A stretch of 64,000 nucleotides of DNA from Botryllus schlosseri (GCA_051294905.1 CM119371.1:23002001-23066000); one strand, 5' to 3'; shown: positions 1-13,801, counted from the first letter of the stretch. The notes: generated from the letters alone by a model not told the origin. Numbers and translations: made by a program.

Positions 1-754
1 TTACACCTGTGAATGAAATTTGATTTGATTTTTTACTTCAGCAGACATTATGGTACAAATTTGATCTCATTTGTTGGAAAAATATAGCTGTAAATTAGAA
101 ATTTGAGGATTTAATCAATGCAGCTCGCGACCCATACTATTATCATCGGAGCTTTCACGCCCCTCACGAATAATATGATAGATAGGGCAGAATAAAAAGT
201 GCCCTATGCAGCTGTGAAGATATCGTTTCAACATTGACTCGGATTCCCGATTTTCTCGTTGCACGCGCGGCATCACAGTGTATAAACTTCAATCCGGACT
301 CCAGTCCACTTCTGCGTTAACATCAGTCGCTGCTAGGTTGGTATTCGCCAATAGATACAGAAAAGGGATTCCGTATCTGATATTCAAGTGAAATGAATAG
401 GCTATACCTGTGCAGGATTATGTAACCTTCAGATAATGTAAGCTACGTGCAGTCGTGGGCCACAGAAATTCTTCCTAACCTCCGATACACGAAATGGCCC
501 GAGAAATAATAATTAGGCACGGCATTCGATTAATCGACTTGGAGCAATGACTCCCCAGTATAATACTACTGGGACTATTACTATGGGACCAAGATGTACT
601 CTGTTTTCTATCGAAATTCTCAAGAAGCACGTAACGATTATTATTGGCTTGTTTTCCTAATTGTTATGAAATATCCGTGGCGGGCTGCGAAGTCAATACA
701 TGTGAAACGTCTTAAGCATATATCCCCATCGTATAGTTCGTGGTCGATACTAAT

Positions 755-1090
755 TAGGGTTGCCATATTTAAGAATCGGGAAAGGATGACACTTGAACCA
801 AATCAGTCAAGTTACTTGATCAAACTGAAAACAGCGGATTACGCTATTTTTGCTGTAAAATATGGTGGATTGACTAAAAAAGGTCGCCAGATTCGTTTGA
901 CTCCCGATTTACATACTTTTTACTTGAAATGAATGGCGTTGACTAAAAACGGTCGTCGCTTTCGATCGAACCACTAATTTCCCGTTTGGCGTCATTTATG
1001 CCCATTTTCACTCGAATCTCTCCATTATCTTAGCTGTTAAAACCTGTAAAGGTGGGCGAATTGCTAAAAAGGAGAACATTTAAAAAAAAA
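755..1090. mobile_element. Partial hAT-type MITE (left end only)
   Basis: Starts TAGGGTTGCCATATT, resembling the termini at 11858 and 21423; no matching right end or TSD found. Confidence 0.3.
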
Positions 1091-1665
1091 ACCAAAATGG
1101 ATAACGATGTATTTCGTTCTGATGCCATTTTGCACTGTGCAGTGTGCGGGAATGAATTGATGATTAAAAAAAACTGCAAACGATTATCTGGAATATATTT
1201 TATATATTATATTATCATCCAAACGGCAAGTATCAATTTCAACAACAGAAAGATCTGAGATCGACCCATGAAATTAAATTTCATATTATTACTGTTGGTA
1301 AACATTTATTCAAATAGTCCAAGTTGAACTTCAATACCTTCATGGTATAATGTGTACCATTGTGCAGTGTGCTTTGGGATACTTGATGTACTTGACTATA
1401 GTGTCGATCTCATTGCTAATCCAGATACATGTTTACTTAGGGTCCCACGTTTTTCCTCGAACAATTTGTTATCCAGTATTTAATCATAGTTTCGAAAAAC
1501 ACGACAGGGATATATGCGCGAGCCTGTTATCAACAATCCCCACCTGCTACCTGGGTCATTTTGATATCCTACCGACATTTTAACACTCGAGTTATGTTTC
1601 GAAACGCATCAAACTCTTGAAAGCTTTGGATTGCTTACACGGGAATTTAAATAAATGATACTTAC

Positions 1666-2091
1666 GTGTTTGAAGGAATAGGAGTCGGTTTCCTTCAATC
1701 CGCTTGGCGGCGGACGTAAGACGTATAGGGCGTTCCCTAAATATACATAATAATCGCTATTATATAGAAAATTCGACAGGGCAATTGGTTTTTGAAGTGA
1801 ATCGCGATCAACGGATGATATGGAAATTATTGAGACAAGAAATCAAATTGCATATTCACGTCCACGCAGTTTTGTAACTATGATTAGCTGATATCTTTCG
1901 AAGAGACTAGCCTTCACGATTTTCGGTAGGTAGCCAACATTTCCCATTGTCGAGGCACATGCGCTTTTAAACCGGTGTCTTAAAATCATCTCTCAGACCT
2001 ACCGTATTTTGATCGTGCAGTCAAACATGTAATAAGTGAGAAGGTACTGTCGTAGTCTGCCATATTGTGTCTGTACCATTTATCAAATGGC
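1666..2091 (-). CDS. Two putative exons (2091-2003, 1736-1666) of an unknown, possibly lipocalin-like gene
   Basis: Canonical sites: gaaacag|G..TACG|gtaggt and tatatttag|GG..CAC|gtaagt. Phases join to give PFDKWYRHNMADYDSTFSLITCLTARSKY-GNALYVLRPPPSGLKETDSYSFKH. Remaining exons not resolved. Confidence 0.3.
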
Positions 2092-3679
2092 CTGTTTCAA
2101 CGCATAATATCATAACATTGGAAAATTTCATTTTTGATATTTTGGTGCTTCTAAACAGCGAACGGTACTTACACGCTCCCCAAGTTTGTGATTTAACACG
2201 GCACTGCTATTTGCACTTACCGTATTATTACGAATTTGTAACGGTACAACATTTCACACTATTATGAATTTTCAACATAACATATCACATGTGAAAGGGT
2301 TTGGATCAAGGTATGGTATTACATCAATGCAAGAAACTATAGCATTCAAACCACGATATCATCAGCTATTTGTGCGTCTGAATGAAACAAATACACCCAT
2401 ATGTTATAACGTAAATAACATGTGAATATTAAAGGTATTTTGCTACTATTCCAATGGTAACTATATATACCCTTAATTTATATGTTAGAACTAAGTTGTA
2501 TGTGCAAAGGAAGGCTAACCTTCAAAGATTGTCGTCAATGCCATAATCACGGAGATCAAAACGATTTTACCAAGTAAGCGACTCTGCATCTTGATTCGAT
2601 CTGCAAAATTCACTGGAATCCGTGAGCCGTCACATATTACATAATATCACTCAGCAGTCATACTAATCAAATATTTTCAAGTAAGACAAAGGCCATCCAG
2701 ATTTAATAGCTTCAGACCAGACCCAAAGCCATTCGTTTACTAATACTTCGCAGATTACGACATAATCATAGCTGATTGCGCCCAAAATTTGTCAAAATCC
2801 GGCTTGAAAGCAGTGAATGGCCTACAGGCGAGATAAATTTTAACATACCTGTGCGTTTGGATTGGTCGACTAGAAGAATGTATCTGTGATACGATGCAAA
2901 GTAGCATATATTAGCCGCGGTAGGAAACGATCGAATAGTTCGATATCACAGATGAAATACATAAATATTGTGTTACACAACGATACTTCGTCACGCATTC
3001 AGCGCGGTGAGGCATCGATAGAATAGTATTGCTTTGCAACATCCCGGCAGGACGTGCCTGTTTACGGTGATATTTGTGCATTTTGTTGGAACTGCTCGTA
3101 GCTGATCTCTGCGCTATGATCGTATCTCGTACTTCATGCAAGATGAAATTGAATATGTTCTTCTTCAACCTTTCCGAAATTACATACACCGCATTTGGAA
3201 GATCTATTCTTATACCTCCCTATTTCGTGGGTTTATCAATGGAAACTCATGTGAATTATGTCGCGGATGGGTTGTGAATGAACGGCCTATAGCAGCATGA
3301 TAGCTTCACCGGGTACTCCGCAGCCATATTAGCATCCCTCTTCTGAAGAGTAAATTTGCGTGATCATACACTCTAAATTTTAATGCGTGCAGAGGAACGC
3401 AAATTTACACGCCAAATCCGGTTTTTTTTTAACTACCACAGAACGTGCTGGAGCCGATGTGTGCCGGGCTATCCTGTGTTTAGTGGTGGTGTGTTCATGC
3501 TGACTCGTGCAGAGCTCGAAATTAATACCAGCCATCCATGAATTTTTACTCAGCTTAGGCTCAAAAAATATTTTATTGCATGGAAAGATGAATACAGAAC
3601 ATTCATTTGCAGACGAAAATGTGTGAATTTCTAGCTTGCACAATTGAAAAATTTAAGCTTTCCCAAATAGAAATAAGAA

Positions 3680-5900
3680 CTACAGCTACAAAGTAATCAC
3701 AAATTATATTCTAATTAGAGCAAAGAAGCATTTCACAAATTGGTGTAAAATTAGAATTATAGCGACACAGTTGCAACCACAAATTACATTTGAATCAGAG
3801 CAAAGAAACATTTCACAAATTGGGATAGAATTACAATCCAGGCGACACAGTTGTTTTCACAAATCAGATTCTAATTAGAGCAAAGAAACATTTCACAAAT
3901 TGGAGTAGAATTAGAATCCTAGCGACACGGTTGTTTTCACAAATTAGATTCTAATTAGAGCAAAGAAGCATTTCACAAAGTGGTGTAGAATTAGAATTAT
4001 AGCGACACAGTTGTTATCACAAATTAGATTTTAATTGGAGCAAAGCAGCATTTCACACATTGGTGAAGAATTAGAATTATAGCGACACAGTTGCAACCAC
4101 AAATTACATTTGAATCAGAGCAAAGAAACATTTCACAAATTGGGATAGAATTACAATCCTGGCGACACAGTTGTTTTCACGAATCAGATTCTAATTAGAG
4201 CAAAGAAACATTTCACAAATTGGAGTAGAATTAGAATCCTAGCGACACGGTTGTTTTCAAAAATTAGATTCTAATTAGAGCAAAGAAGCATTTCACAAAT
4301 TGGTGTAGAATTAGAATTATAGCGACACAGTTGCAACCACAAATTACATTTGAATCAGAGCAAAGAAACATTTCACAAATTGGGATAGAATTAGAATCAT
4401 TGCGACACAGTTGTTATCACTAATTTGATTCTAATTAGAGAAAAAAATATTTCCCAAATTGGAGAAGAATTAGAATCATAGCGACACAGTTGTTATCACG
4501 AATTAGATCCTAATTAGAGCAAATAAACATTTCAAAAATTGGAGTAGAATTAGAATTATGGTAACACAGTTGTTTTCACAAATTAGATTCAAATTAGAGC
4601 AAAGAAACATTTCACAAATTGAGGTAGAATTACAATCATAGCAACAAAGTTGTTTTCACAAATTAGATTTTAATTAGTGCAAAAAACATTTCCCAAATTG
4701 GAGTAGAATTAGAATCATAGCGACACAGTTGTTATCACAAATTAGATTTTAATTAGAGCAAAAAACATTACATAAATTGGAGTAGAATTAGAATCATAGC
4801 GACACAGTTGTTATCACAAATTAGATTTTAATTAGAGCAAAAAACATTTCAAAATTTGGAGTAGGATTAGAATCATAGCGTCACAGTTGTTATCACAAAT
4901 TAGATTCAAATTAGAGCAAAAAACATTTCAAAAATTGGAGTAGAATTAGGATTATGGTAACACAGTTGTTTTCACAAATTAGATTCAAATTAGAGCAAAG
5001 AGACATTTCACAAATTGGGGTAGAATTACAATCATAGCAGCACAGTTGTTATCACAAATTAGATTTTAATTAGAGCAAAAAACATTTCAAAAATTGGAGT
5101 AGGATTACAATCATAGCAACACAGTTGTTTTCACAAATTAGATTCTAATTAACGCAAAAAATATTTCCCAAATTGGAGTAGAATTAGAATCATAGCGACA
5201 CAGTTATTATCACAAATTAGATTCTAATTAGAGCAAAAAAAACATTTCAAAAATTGAAGTAGAATTAGAATTATGGTAGCTGAGTTGTTTTCACAAATTA
5301 GATTCTAATTAGATCAAAAAAACCTTTTCCAAATTGGAGTAGAATTAGAATTATAGCGAGACAGTTGTTATCACAAATTAGATTCGAATCAGAGCAAATA
5401 AACATTTGAAAAATTGGAGTAGAATTAGAATAATTACTACAGCATATTTTCTGAATTAGACTAGAATCCGAATTAGACGTAGTTTTTATTTCAAATTAGA
5501 GTAGAATTAGAAATACAGCTATACGGTAGTTTTTTTCTAAATTAGATTCGATTGGGAGCAAAGAAACATTTCACAAATTAGAGTAGCATCAGAATTTATA
5601 GCTACACAGCTTTTTCCAAATTAGAGTAGAATTAGATTTGTAGCTTCGAAATTATAGAGTGGGATCAGAATTATAGTAACAGTTTTTTTCAAATTAGAGA
5701 GTAGAATTATAACTATAGCTACACTGTTTATCTAAATTAGAGTACAATTAGAATTATAGGTTCAGTTGTTTTCACAAATTAGATTCGAATGAGAGAGACG
5801 AAGCACTTCTCGAATTAAAGTTGAATTATAATTAAAGCTAGTTTTTTTTTTCAAAATTAGAGTATAATCAGAATTTTAGCTACACTTTTTTCACTTTAAT
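3680..5900. repeat. Tandem satellite, 79-80 bp unit, about 22 units plus a degenerate ~40-bp tail
   Basis: Unit ~CACAAATTAGATTCTAATTAGAGCAAAGAAACATTTCACAAATTGGAGTAGAATTAGAATCATAGCGACACAGTTGTTAT; GCGACAC recurs at 3842, 3922, 4002, 4082, 4162. Confidence 0.95.
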
Positions 5901-5986
5901 TAGACAACTAGACTAGTACTAGAATTGTATAGTTGTCCAAGTCAGCAAACGAAATCAAAATCATTACTGTGATTTCTGAAATCTGC

Positions 5987-8223
5987 TCATGAAACAGAGA
6001 AGCTTGTTTGATTGAAACCCAAATTTTTGTCTCCAATCATGACATACTGTAAAACTGACAGTATCTGGAACACTTTCGGATATGCGGGGTCACAAACATA
6101 ATAACACGCGAGAAGATCCAGCACCATCTCAAATGGTTTCGCTTTATTGTGAGACGATCCCTTTATGCGGAAGCCATTCGCCACGATCCATGATGACTGT
6201 AGGTCACCATTTTCATGGTGCGCTAGTACGAGATGTCGAGGACTCAGCTTTGTGGACGTTAATTGGACTGAATGGGCCTGGAACTGAAAAAAATATGTTA
6301 AGTAAAATTATATTAACAATAATCCATGTGTGAATTGAAAGCACAAGATTTAGATTAGGTAGAAATGCCTTTGTGGGACTTCTGCATAATGAATATTGAA
6401 TAAAAATAGAGCTGAATAGGTCAATATAGGTTTTTGTCAACATGGTTTGACAAGCTTAACTCAGGGAAACAAGTGATAGCAAATTCTGTCGTCACGATAT
6501 GCTGTCTAGTCGTTGACATGTATGGGTTGTCCCCATCATCATAAGTTTACCAACCTTTAATGATCCAATAAGATTTGATCAGTATACCATCATACAGGTT
6601 CCTTTTGGAACGGCACAAGTATTATGTTCACATTCACTGATTCGATGCACTATATCCATGGTAGCCATCCTCATTGACTCGAAGTCCAAAAAGTACATTA
6701 GCAGCAGAAATGATTTTCCATGGTGTGGGATGAAAACGAATTTACACCAGCTCATTCTAATTAAGATTTAGCCTTATCAAAATAATGATATAATTGAAAA
6801 GCATTTAATAAACATTTATTTTTGGAGGCCTTTTTCCAGTTCGAATGTTTATTGCACCGTCATAACGTAAACAGTGTTAATCAAAACATAGGCCTACCAT
6901 ATTTTCAGCACCCAAAAACAATTGTGCCACATTTTGGCGGCACACGTCTGTACTCAACAGACCCCGAATTAGAGCACATGTTTGTGGAGCAACTTGGAAA
7001 TTAACAGACCCCCGAATTAGAACCAACTCGAAATGCGCGCATGTTAAGCCACAAAATTTTCAGACAACTAGCTGTACTTTTGTGACGGTCTGTTAAGTTC
7101 GAACTTGTGCCAGATCGTGGCATGCAAAACATCCAAGGTGTTACGGAAAACGCCGAACAATGTTTGCCGAAAATCAGGACAGAGTCGAAATCAGTACAAA
7201 TCAGGACGTTATGGTACATCTATGTTCATTGTTCACACAGTACAAGGTTAAGCAAGCAGCAAATCCTACAACTCGCCTGATAAAGCGTTATCACCCTCAA
7301 GTCCTGTTGTGCCCTGATTCTCTTTTCAATTACTGCATTTCGTAACTCCAACAGGAGCATAACCGCAGCGGCTTCTTTTCCCTACAAATAAATAAAATAA
7401 TGAATATAAATAATGTAGAAGATTTGGTTGAAGGACATTCCACTTATTGCATTCCGGTTGATATGAAGGCAAGAGTTCTGCCACAACAACATTTAATGTA
7501 TAAAATTGCAACAAAAATAAACAGGATTATCCCAACTAATAAATTCATTCTAGAATAGTTAAATAATACTAACCTCCTCATCTGTCTCTAGCTCTACTCC
7601 AAATATTTCGACATTAGTAGTAAGTATTTTGCTTCGACACTCCTCGGAACGGCCATTTGAAACTCGGCTCTGATCTATTACAAAGGCGAAATGTTACTAT
7701 AAAAGCAGCTATGTAGTGAGCTAAGCATGCACAACCACTTCTATGTGTTATATAGAGGGAACTTGATATGAATATAATAAGATTTATTTCACTGGATAAC
7801 ATTATTAATTATTATTATAATAGGTTCATGAATGAAATGTCATGTTTTCAATCAATGAAAATGTCATGTAATTGGAAAAACAAGTGAGTCAACTGCAAAG
7901 CAAGATGTATATAACTTGGTCAAGAATTCTGGTTATAAACCCACATTGCATCAAGTTAGAGGATTAACTGACATTCTGAAACTCAGTTTCGATGCTACTG
8001 CAAGTTGATCTAAAAGGCAATCTACTAATATTTCTCACACTGCTGCTTGCTGTAAGAACCCTCTTGACAACATACCGGTAATCATAACATATCGCATGTT
8101 GTTATTCTTGAACGAATTACCTTCAATTGAAGCAATGTGTTCTATCGTAATGCCGTACGCAATCAAGATCTTCTCCATTCCTTCCGCTATGATGAGATTA
8201 TCGACACGTTCACCCACATCCAC
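5987..8223 (-). pseudogene. Decayed intron-containing SAMD3-like gene (family associated with DNA transposons)
   Basis: Terminal exon after atatttttttcag| reads FQAHSVQLTSTKLSPRHLVLAHHENGDLQSSWIVANGFRI...PFEMVLDLLACYYVCDPAYPKVFQILSVLQYVMIGD, matching the LF..YYVFNL.YP...L.F.Q pattern as I recall it for SAMD3-like C-termini. Upstream pieces (KEAAAVMLLLELRNAVIEKRIR near 7370; a weakly SAM-like ORF 8035-8223) carry stops. Confidence 0.45.
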
Positions 8224-8323
8224 AAAGTCACTGTACTGCGACTTATCGCTCCATTTACTGATGCTGTGTATTGACCTTTGACCCTGACTGAGTTCCCGCC
8301 GTTACCGAGAGATGTGAAGCGTG

Positions 8324-8326
<3 letters not shown>

Positions 8327-8363
<37 letters not shown>
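8327..8363. repeat. (GA)n microsatellite
   Basis: Perfect GA run. Confidence 0.98.
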
Positions 8364-8366
<3 letters not shown>

Positions 8367-8492
8367 TGGAAATAGAGAAATATAGATATGTTTATTCAGT
8401 CAACAGTTAAAAGCAGAATGCACTGATAATAGCCATGCAGGTAACACTAAAGATTACTAAACAACGTACTTCAAAATTACATGGTGATGACA

Positions 8493-8503
8493 ATGATTGA
8501 TTA

Positions 8504-8543
<40 letters not shown>
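8493..8543. repeat. (ATTG)n microsatellite
   Basis: About 12 ATTG units. Confidence 0.95.
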
Positions 8544-8787
8544 CTATACTGCTGATATGTTAATATTCAGTAATGGGGAAACGCAATAAAATGGAAGCCA
8601 TAGTCAAGTCAGACAATCATGTGGTTGTAACAATGATATATATCATTGGGTTGAAATGATCAATTTCTTCTGCCAGTTTGGTAGGAAAATAAAATGATAA
8701 GAGAAACGTTCACAAAACCCAGTAAATGCTCCACTAAAATAATGGAGCGTCAGTGATGAAACAGCAGTCCACTTCATGGCTCCTGAG

Positions 8788-8981
8788 AAATTTGGCCTCT
8801 TAGGTACGCACGTGTGCAATTGCTTTGAGCTGACACGGTCTCTGATCACATAAAATATAAGTTGCGCACAAAGAATCCGAGGAGATGACCTTTTTTTAGT
8901 GGTCACGCACTGTTGTCCAAGGGACCACGCAGTGAGTAGGTTAGCGCTTGCTGCAGAGTCGTCAAATTAGAGGGAACATTG
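8788..8981. mobile_element. ~194-bp hAT MITE, CAATGTTCCCTCTA family (degenerate copy)
   Basis: Right end TTAGAGGGAACATTG; flanks CTCCTGAG / CTTCTGAG (7/8 TSD); homologous to 13802-13994. Confidence 0.75.
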
Positions 8982-10118
8982 CTTCTGAGCTATATGTAAA
9001 CGGGGCTAAAAGCACGCATTACTCACACTAGAGTCGTTAATTCCGTTCAACATCTATTATAGAAATGCTGCATCATTTGAGCGGCTATATCTTGCAACTT
9101 ACTTCCTCCCCTACAAATAACCCAGCGAGAGCAAACGGACCCCAGGGTCATTGGGTTTACCGATGACGTCATGATCGGTACACGAGTGTACCGTACCTTA
9201 CCTTGGATGATCTGGTCATTTACCAGTGACATTACGATAGCAGCGTTTCCAGCGTCGATCTCACAATCCCTCTCAATCTTACTGATCTGATAACTCGTGC
9301 GGCGACTTACCGGGCTTTAAAATGTATACGTAAACTCTTTCATAGTGATCAAAGCCGGGGACAGATGATAAGATGTGAGCAGAAGCACATATTTCGTAGC
9401 TTTATCTGATAAAGTGTGGACTTGCACATATTATGACACCACTGCGGCGAAAGATTTGGGTCGACTTTATGTGTTTGTCCCATATTGCATCTCTAAATGC
9501 ACAATTTTGTGTCTAAAGCGATGCTTTCGATTTAGAGTGTATATTCAGTTACTATATGCAGACCTAGTTAAATCCGAGGAAGTCTCTCGCAGATCATGTT
9601 GAACTCGAACGTAAGGACTCTGTCTTAATTTAAGCATAATTGAGTTTCGCAATGGCAGCTTTGCGACATTTTTGTAACTTTATTATCGATCTAAGCTATA
9701 CGATTATTGGCACGGCATAAACTTTACAACATGGTGGGGGATATTTTACGTCAGCGATTTAAATCCCGACATATCATATAACTGATCCATAGCTCTCATC
9801 TACTCCATGGTTTTGAACCAGTGGTTCCGTGAAGGAGGTGCTGGAGACCTACATAAACAAAACAGCTACATATGATTTGTGACGATACTGTCTTGCCCAC
9901 CATCGGTTGCAGGTATTTCGGACCGATCAGTGGTCGAATGGTGACTGTGGTGGTGGTACGTATGGTGAGCAGTGGCGTGCGCAAGTCGGGTTGGGGTTCT
10001 AAATCGCATCACGTCCTTTTGAAATGTCAATTATTTCTCCAATGCTATTAAGCTCTTCCGTAACTAGGCAATGTTATCACGTTTTTACGTTCCAACCGAA
10101 CAATACCATAGCACTTTA

Positions 10119-10365
10119 CTGGCGAGTTAGCGCATCCGTTTGATGCACAGCTGCAACACCAGTGGGTTGCGTGTTCGAGTCCGACCGAGACAGACTCCAG
10201 AATACCTACCGAAGTCTTGGATGTTCATCTAGGCTCCTCCTCGCCACGTGATACGCATAAGTGGTATCCTATAATAAGCCTAGAAGTGGGCCATGCTACA
10301 AGTCGGTAAATACTAAATAAAAAATAGGGAGTATCGGCCTGGTGTGAACTGACCATCATGAAAAT
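10119..10365 (+). mobile_element. tRNA-derived SINE copy
   Basis: Homologous along its length to 16974-17251; retains B-box-like GTTCGAGTCC. Confidence 0.8.
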
Positions 10366-11857
10366 CAAACAGGTATCTGAAGGGAACAGTATAATAAGTC
10401 TAACTGATTTGCAAAATTATTCAAAATTATTATAACGTTTTAGTTTTGTGTCAAAAAATATATTCTGATGGTATTGTTTGGGTAGATTATTGCTTTTACG
10501 AGTCAACGACTGATGGGTGTTCCGAGAAGGCTTGCAGATTGGCGTACGTATTTTGTAGGTTAGTAAATGTTATGAGCCACTGGTTTATATCGTACATGAA
10601 AGCGGCGTCATAATCTAGTACTGATGATAAATGCCAAAGTACCGTGTATTTAGTTTAGTTGACTAAAAACATGTACTTTCGGTGCGCTGCAGAGTAATAT
10701 TGATGGTTCGCGATAGGAAGCTATCGAATAGCTCAATATCCCCGATGAAAACATAAGTATCGCTTCTACACAACGCTCGTCAATCACGCTCGCAGTCTTG
10801 TGCGGTTTCAACACAAGAGTATCGGTTGCAACATGCATACATTACATCAGCAAAATATAGGCAGTAGGCAATAATGAAACGGATCCGACCCAAGTTACAG
10901 CCTTTCAAAGGATCGTCTCAACCCCGGCAATATGAATCGTGTTCTTCTTCCACACAGCAGTTCCATATTCACCTTTTAGGTTTGTAATCATTACAAATGT
11001 GTGTGATTTTCGTTGTGCATTGACAGAAGACTTGGTCCACCGTGAAGTCGCATGATAGTTTTCTCGCGTACCCGGCTCTCATATACAGATTCCTTCTGGT
11101 GTGAAGTTTCATGTGTTTCTCATCTCGTGATAGCAAGTGATTCCTTTCTGCGATCCTTCGCACTTATTGGGATTCACTCGGACATGCATTTCAACAGTGT
11201 TCTTATGCTATATCACTGTGAAATAAACATGTGTATTTTCTAGATTCCCAACATGACACACGTTGCAATTTAGATTTGCGACACTGATGGGGCGGCACTA
11301 AACTTTCACACATATAACAGTTGTCTCTTCGAGCAGTAAATTTGCTTGTGTCCGCTAACAATCCTGTATATCGAGGTCTAACTTGCTGACAAGCATTGAC
11401 CGGAGAAGATACTGAAGTATCAACTACGTTTACAAAAGGATCCCTAATAGTGTAATGTGCAGCACAAACGTATTGACCATTCTTTGTTTTACATGGTTCA
11501 TATCAGGGGCGGGCAACTTCTCCGGTCGGCGGGTCTGATATAGGAATATCAATAACTTGGCGGGCCGGATTGCTGAATCGATACATTATCCGCCCATTTA
11601 TCACATATACAAGGTAAAAATTGTATTTAATGAATGTATTTTAACGACAGCAATGTAACTCCCAAGCCATTTCTCGCCAATAATGACGAAGACAATGTGG
11701 ATTTGAGAACAGCATTGTCATACAGGCCCCACCATGACTGCTTCTCTCTGATCAATCAACGCACGGTGCAATACTTAAATTAAGATTTCAAGGCGTTCGA
11801 TAAGCCCGGTACCCCAAGTTTACCAACATATCAATTCATTAGGGTTTGGTATATAGG

Positions 11858-13146
11858 CAGGGTTGCCATACCGTCCTTATTTCTAAGATTTGTCCTTATT
11901 TTGAAGGGCCACGTCTTAGAAAACTCAACTGTCCTTATTTCTAAGAAATGTCCTTATTTCCGACTTGCGTCCTTCTTTTGTCTTATTTTCAACCACTACA
12001 GAACTTCGATTATTTTCCTCTGGTATCTGTGTTGCATGATATTTTGAAATTATGTTTTTGCGTCGAGATTTCATGACATCATCAATGGAAGAAACTCTCG
12101 TGACGTACACACCACAAGATTTGGCTTTCAAGTTGTGAGATAGTTAGGGCAGTGAGTGGTGGTATAGCAGTTTCGTCTGTACCAAGCTACCGCAGCGGAC
12201 GTCATTTTAGCAGTAAACACCAGTACCAGGTCCCTGCTGTTTGGTCTATAAGCTGTGAATATTTGATAAATTTATCTAAATTATATTGCACTTGCGCATA
12301 TAGTTTTAGCTACTAATATGGCTAAATCTGATTAGTTGAAATGAGTAGGCGTAAAAACGTTTTTCGTGACGATTATTAGAGAGAATTCAAAGGTAGCCAA
12401 TCTAACGAAGCTTGAAGGGCGAGTCTTTTGCACGTTGCAATATCTGCAATTGTGACATTAACCTGGAGGCCATAGGAAAGACCGGTATTTCAACTCACAT
12501 TGATACCCCAAACACAAGAAGCGTGTCATAATTATTAATTTGAGCCAGCCGATGAATAATTTTTCCACAAGTCGATCAGCACCTACGACCACAGACTACA
12601 AGGCAGCTGCTGCAGAGGGTACCTGGGCCTTCCATACTGTCAAGCACCAGCAATCCTTCCTCGCCAACGATTGCACATCACAATTATTCAAAGCAATATT
12701 CCCCGATTCCAACATCGCAAATAAGTTTTTTTTTTCAGTCAGGAACAAGACTATGATCATTGTTACTGGAGTTAGTTCTTGCTACATACGCTCAAAAATG
12801 ATTTTGTCTGAACTTGGTGGACGGCGTTTTCCATCTTAGTTGACGCTTCTAATCACAACGAGGTGAAGAAATGTGGTTTATCACCCTATGGGGGACCCAA
12901 GACTAGCGTTTTTTTTTTGTTGGGGGGCGGACGAAGTGCTGTTTCGGCCCTGAGCAAAGGTAAACCTAGACCTGCGCGAACCATGAAGCACTTTCTAATA
13001 ACAAGGAGTTGCTGAAACAGATTGCTTCTGGCGAAAAGTATGGACTGTGCTATTCCTCGGCTTGTATAAATGCAAAGTATGTTCAAAAACGCTAACCTAA
13101 TTTTTCGACTGTCCTTATTTTTGGGTCCATGTCGATGGCAACCCTG
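11858..13146 (+). mobile_element. Internally deleted hAT transposon with transposase remnants
   Basis: TIR CAGGGTTGCCAT, exact TSD TATATAGG, TGTCCTTATTT subterminal repeats. Remnants: Zn finger CNICNCDINLEAIGKTGISTH, AAEGTWAFHTVKHQQSF, first catalytic Asp in FSILVDASNH, C-terminal KQIASGEKY. Confidence 0.9.
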
Positions 13147-13277
13147 TATATAGGTGACGAGATAGCGTGGTTGTTCAACCATGTGGCCTATTTTATCTCG
13201 ATATGGAATTCATGCGGCCCGCGACCTCCACGAAAATTGAAAGTGGCCCCCGACCCGTTTTGAGTTGGCGACCCCTG

Positions 13278-13400
13278 ACATAAGCGGTGTCTTACAGAAG
13301 CCTGGAAGTGTGTCGTGCTACAAGTGGACGGTTACGGAATCAAAAATAAGAAATATCAGCCTGGTGTAAATGACAATAATAGTCGATAAACACCATCATG
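13278..13400 (+). mobile_element. 3' half of the tRNA-derived SINE
   Basis: Matches 17113-17225 (TAAGCGGTGTCTTACA...GCCTGGTGTAAATGAC). Confidence 0.75.
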
Positions 13401-13801
13401 ATTACCACAAATGACATTAGGGTTGAGTACATCGTAAATGGCGATAATGCAATAAGTTTTCTCGCTTCGACGAATGTACGCGTAAGCTCCACCCTCGCTC
13501 GCTGCGCAAGTGCGCATACATGCGATTAATGGCATACAGTCACTAAAATATGACGTATGTAAGCAAGTAGTGGGGAATCTCGGAAGACTGGGGCCGCTGG
13601 CCACACTATCATGTAGGACGGAAAACTGTCCGCGGGCCGGACAAAATCCCTTCGCGGGCCGTATGTTGCCCGCCCTGGTCCATATCAACAATTGCTCCCC
13701 GGGACAACCGAACAACAGTGTTTTCGATGACCCTTGATCACTGCACGTTGCTGCGTCGTGTTAGCGTTCGTGCCTTACGCACAAACATAAATACATGCAG
13801 C

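Larger units (their letters stand above)
11504..13677. mobile_element. Charlie-like hAT MITE expanded by nested insertions
   Basis: Ends CAGGGGCGGGCAAC / GTTGCCCGCCCTG; flanks GTTCATAT / GTCCATAT (7/8 TSD). Confidence 0.7.

Noticed and set aside
3680-5900. Regular repeat array as a CRISPR candidate
   Set aside because: Head-to-tail units with no unique spacers, no cas genes, eukaryotic context.
9860-10000. His-rich (minus) or WSNGDCGGG (plus) exon-like segment
   Set aside because: Strand and frame ambiguous; no neighbouring exons.
10650-11170. Minus-strand pieces (KSSVNAQRKSHTFVMITNLKGE) faintly like a Tc5/pogo DDE transposase; plus-strand DLVHREVA like a kinase loop
   Set aside because: Single short motifs with many stops and no supporting motifs or TIRs.
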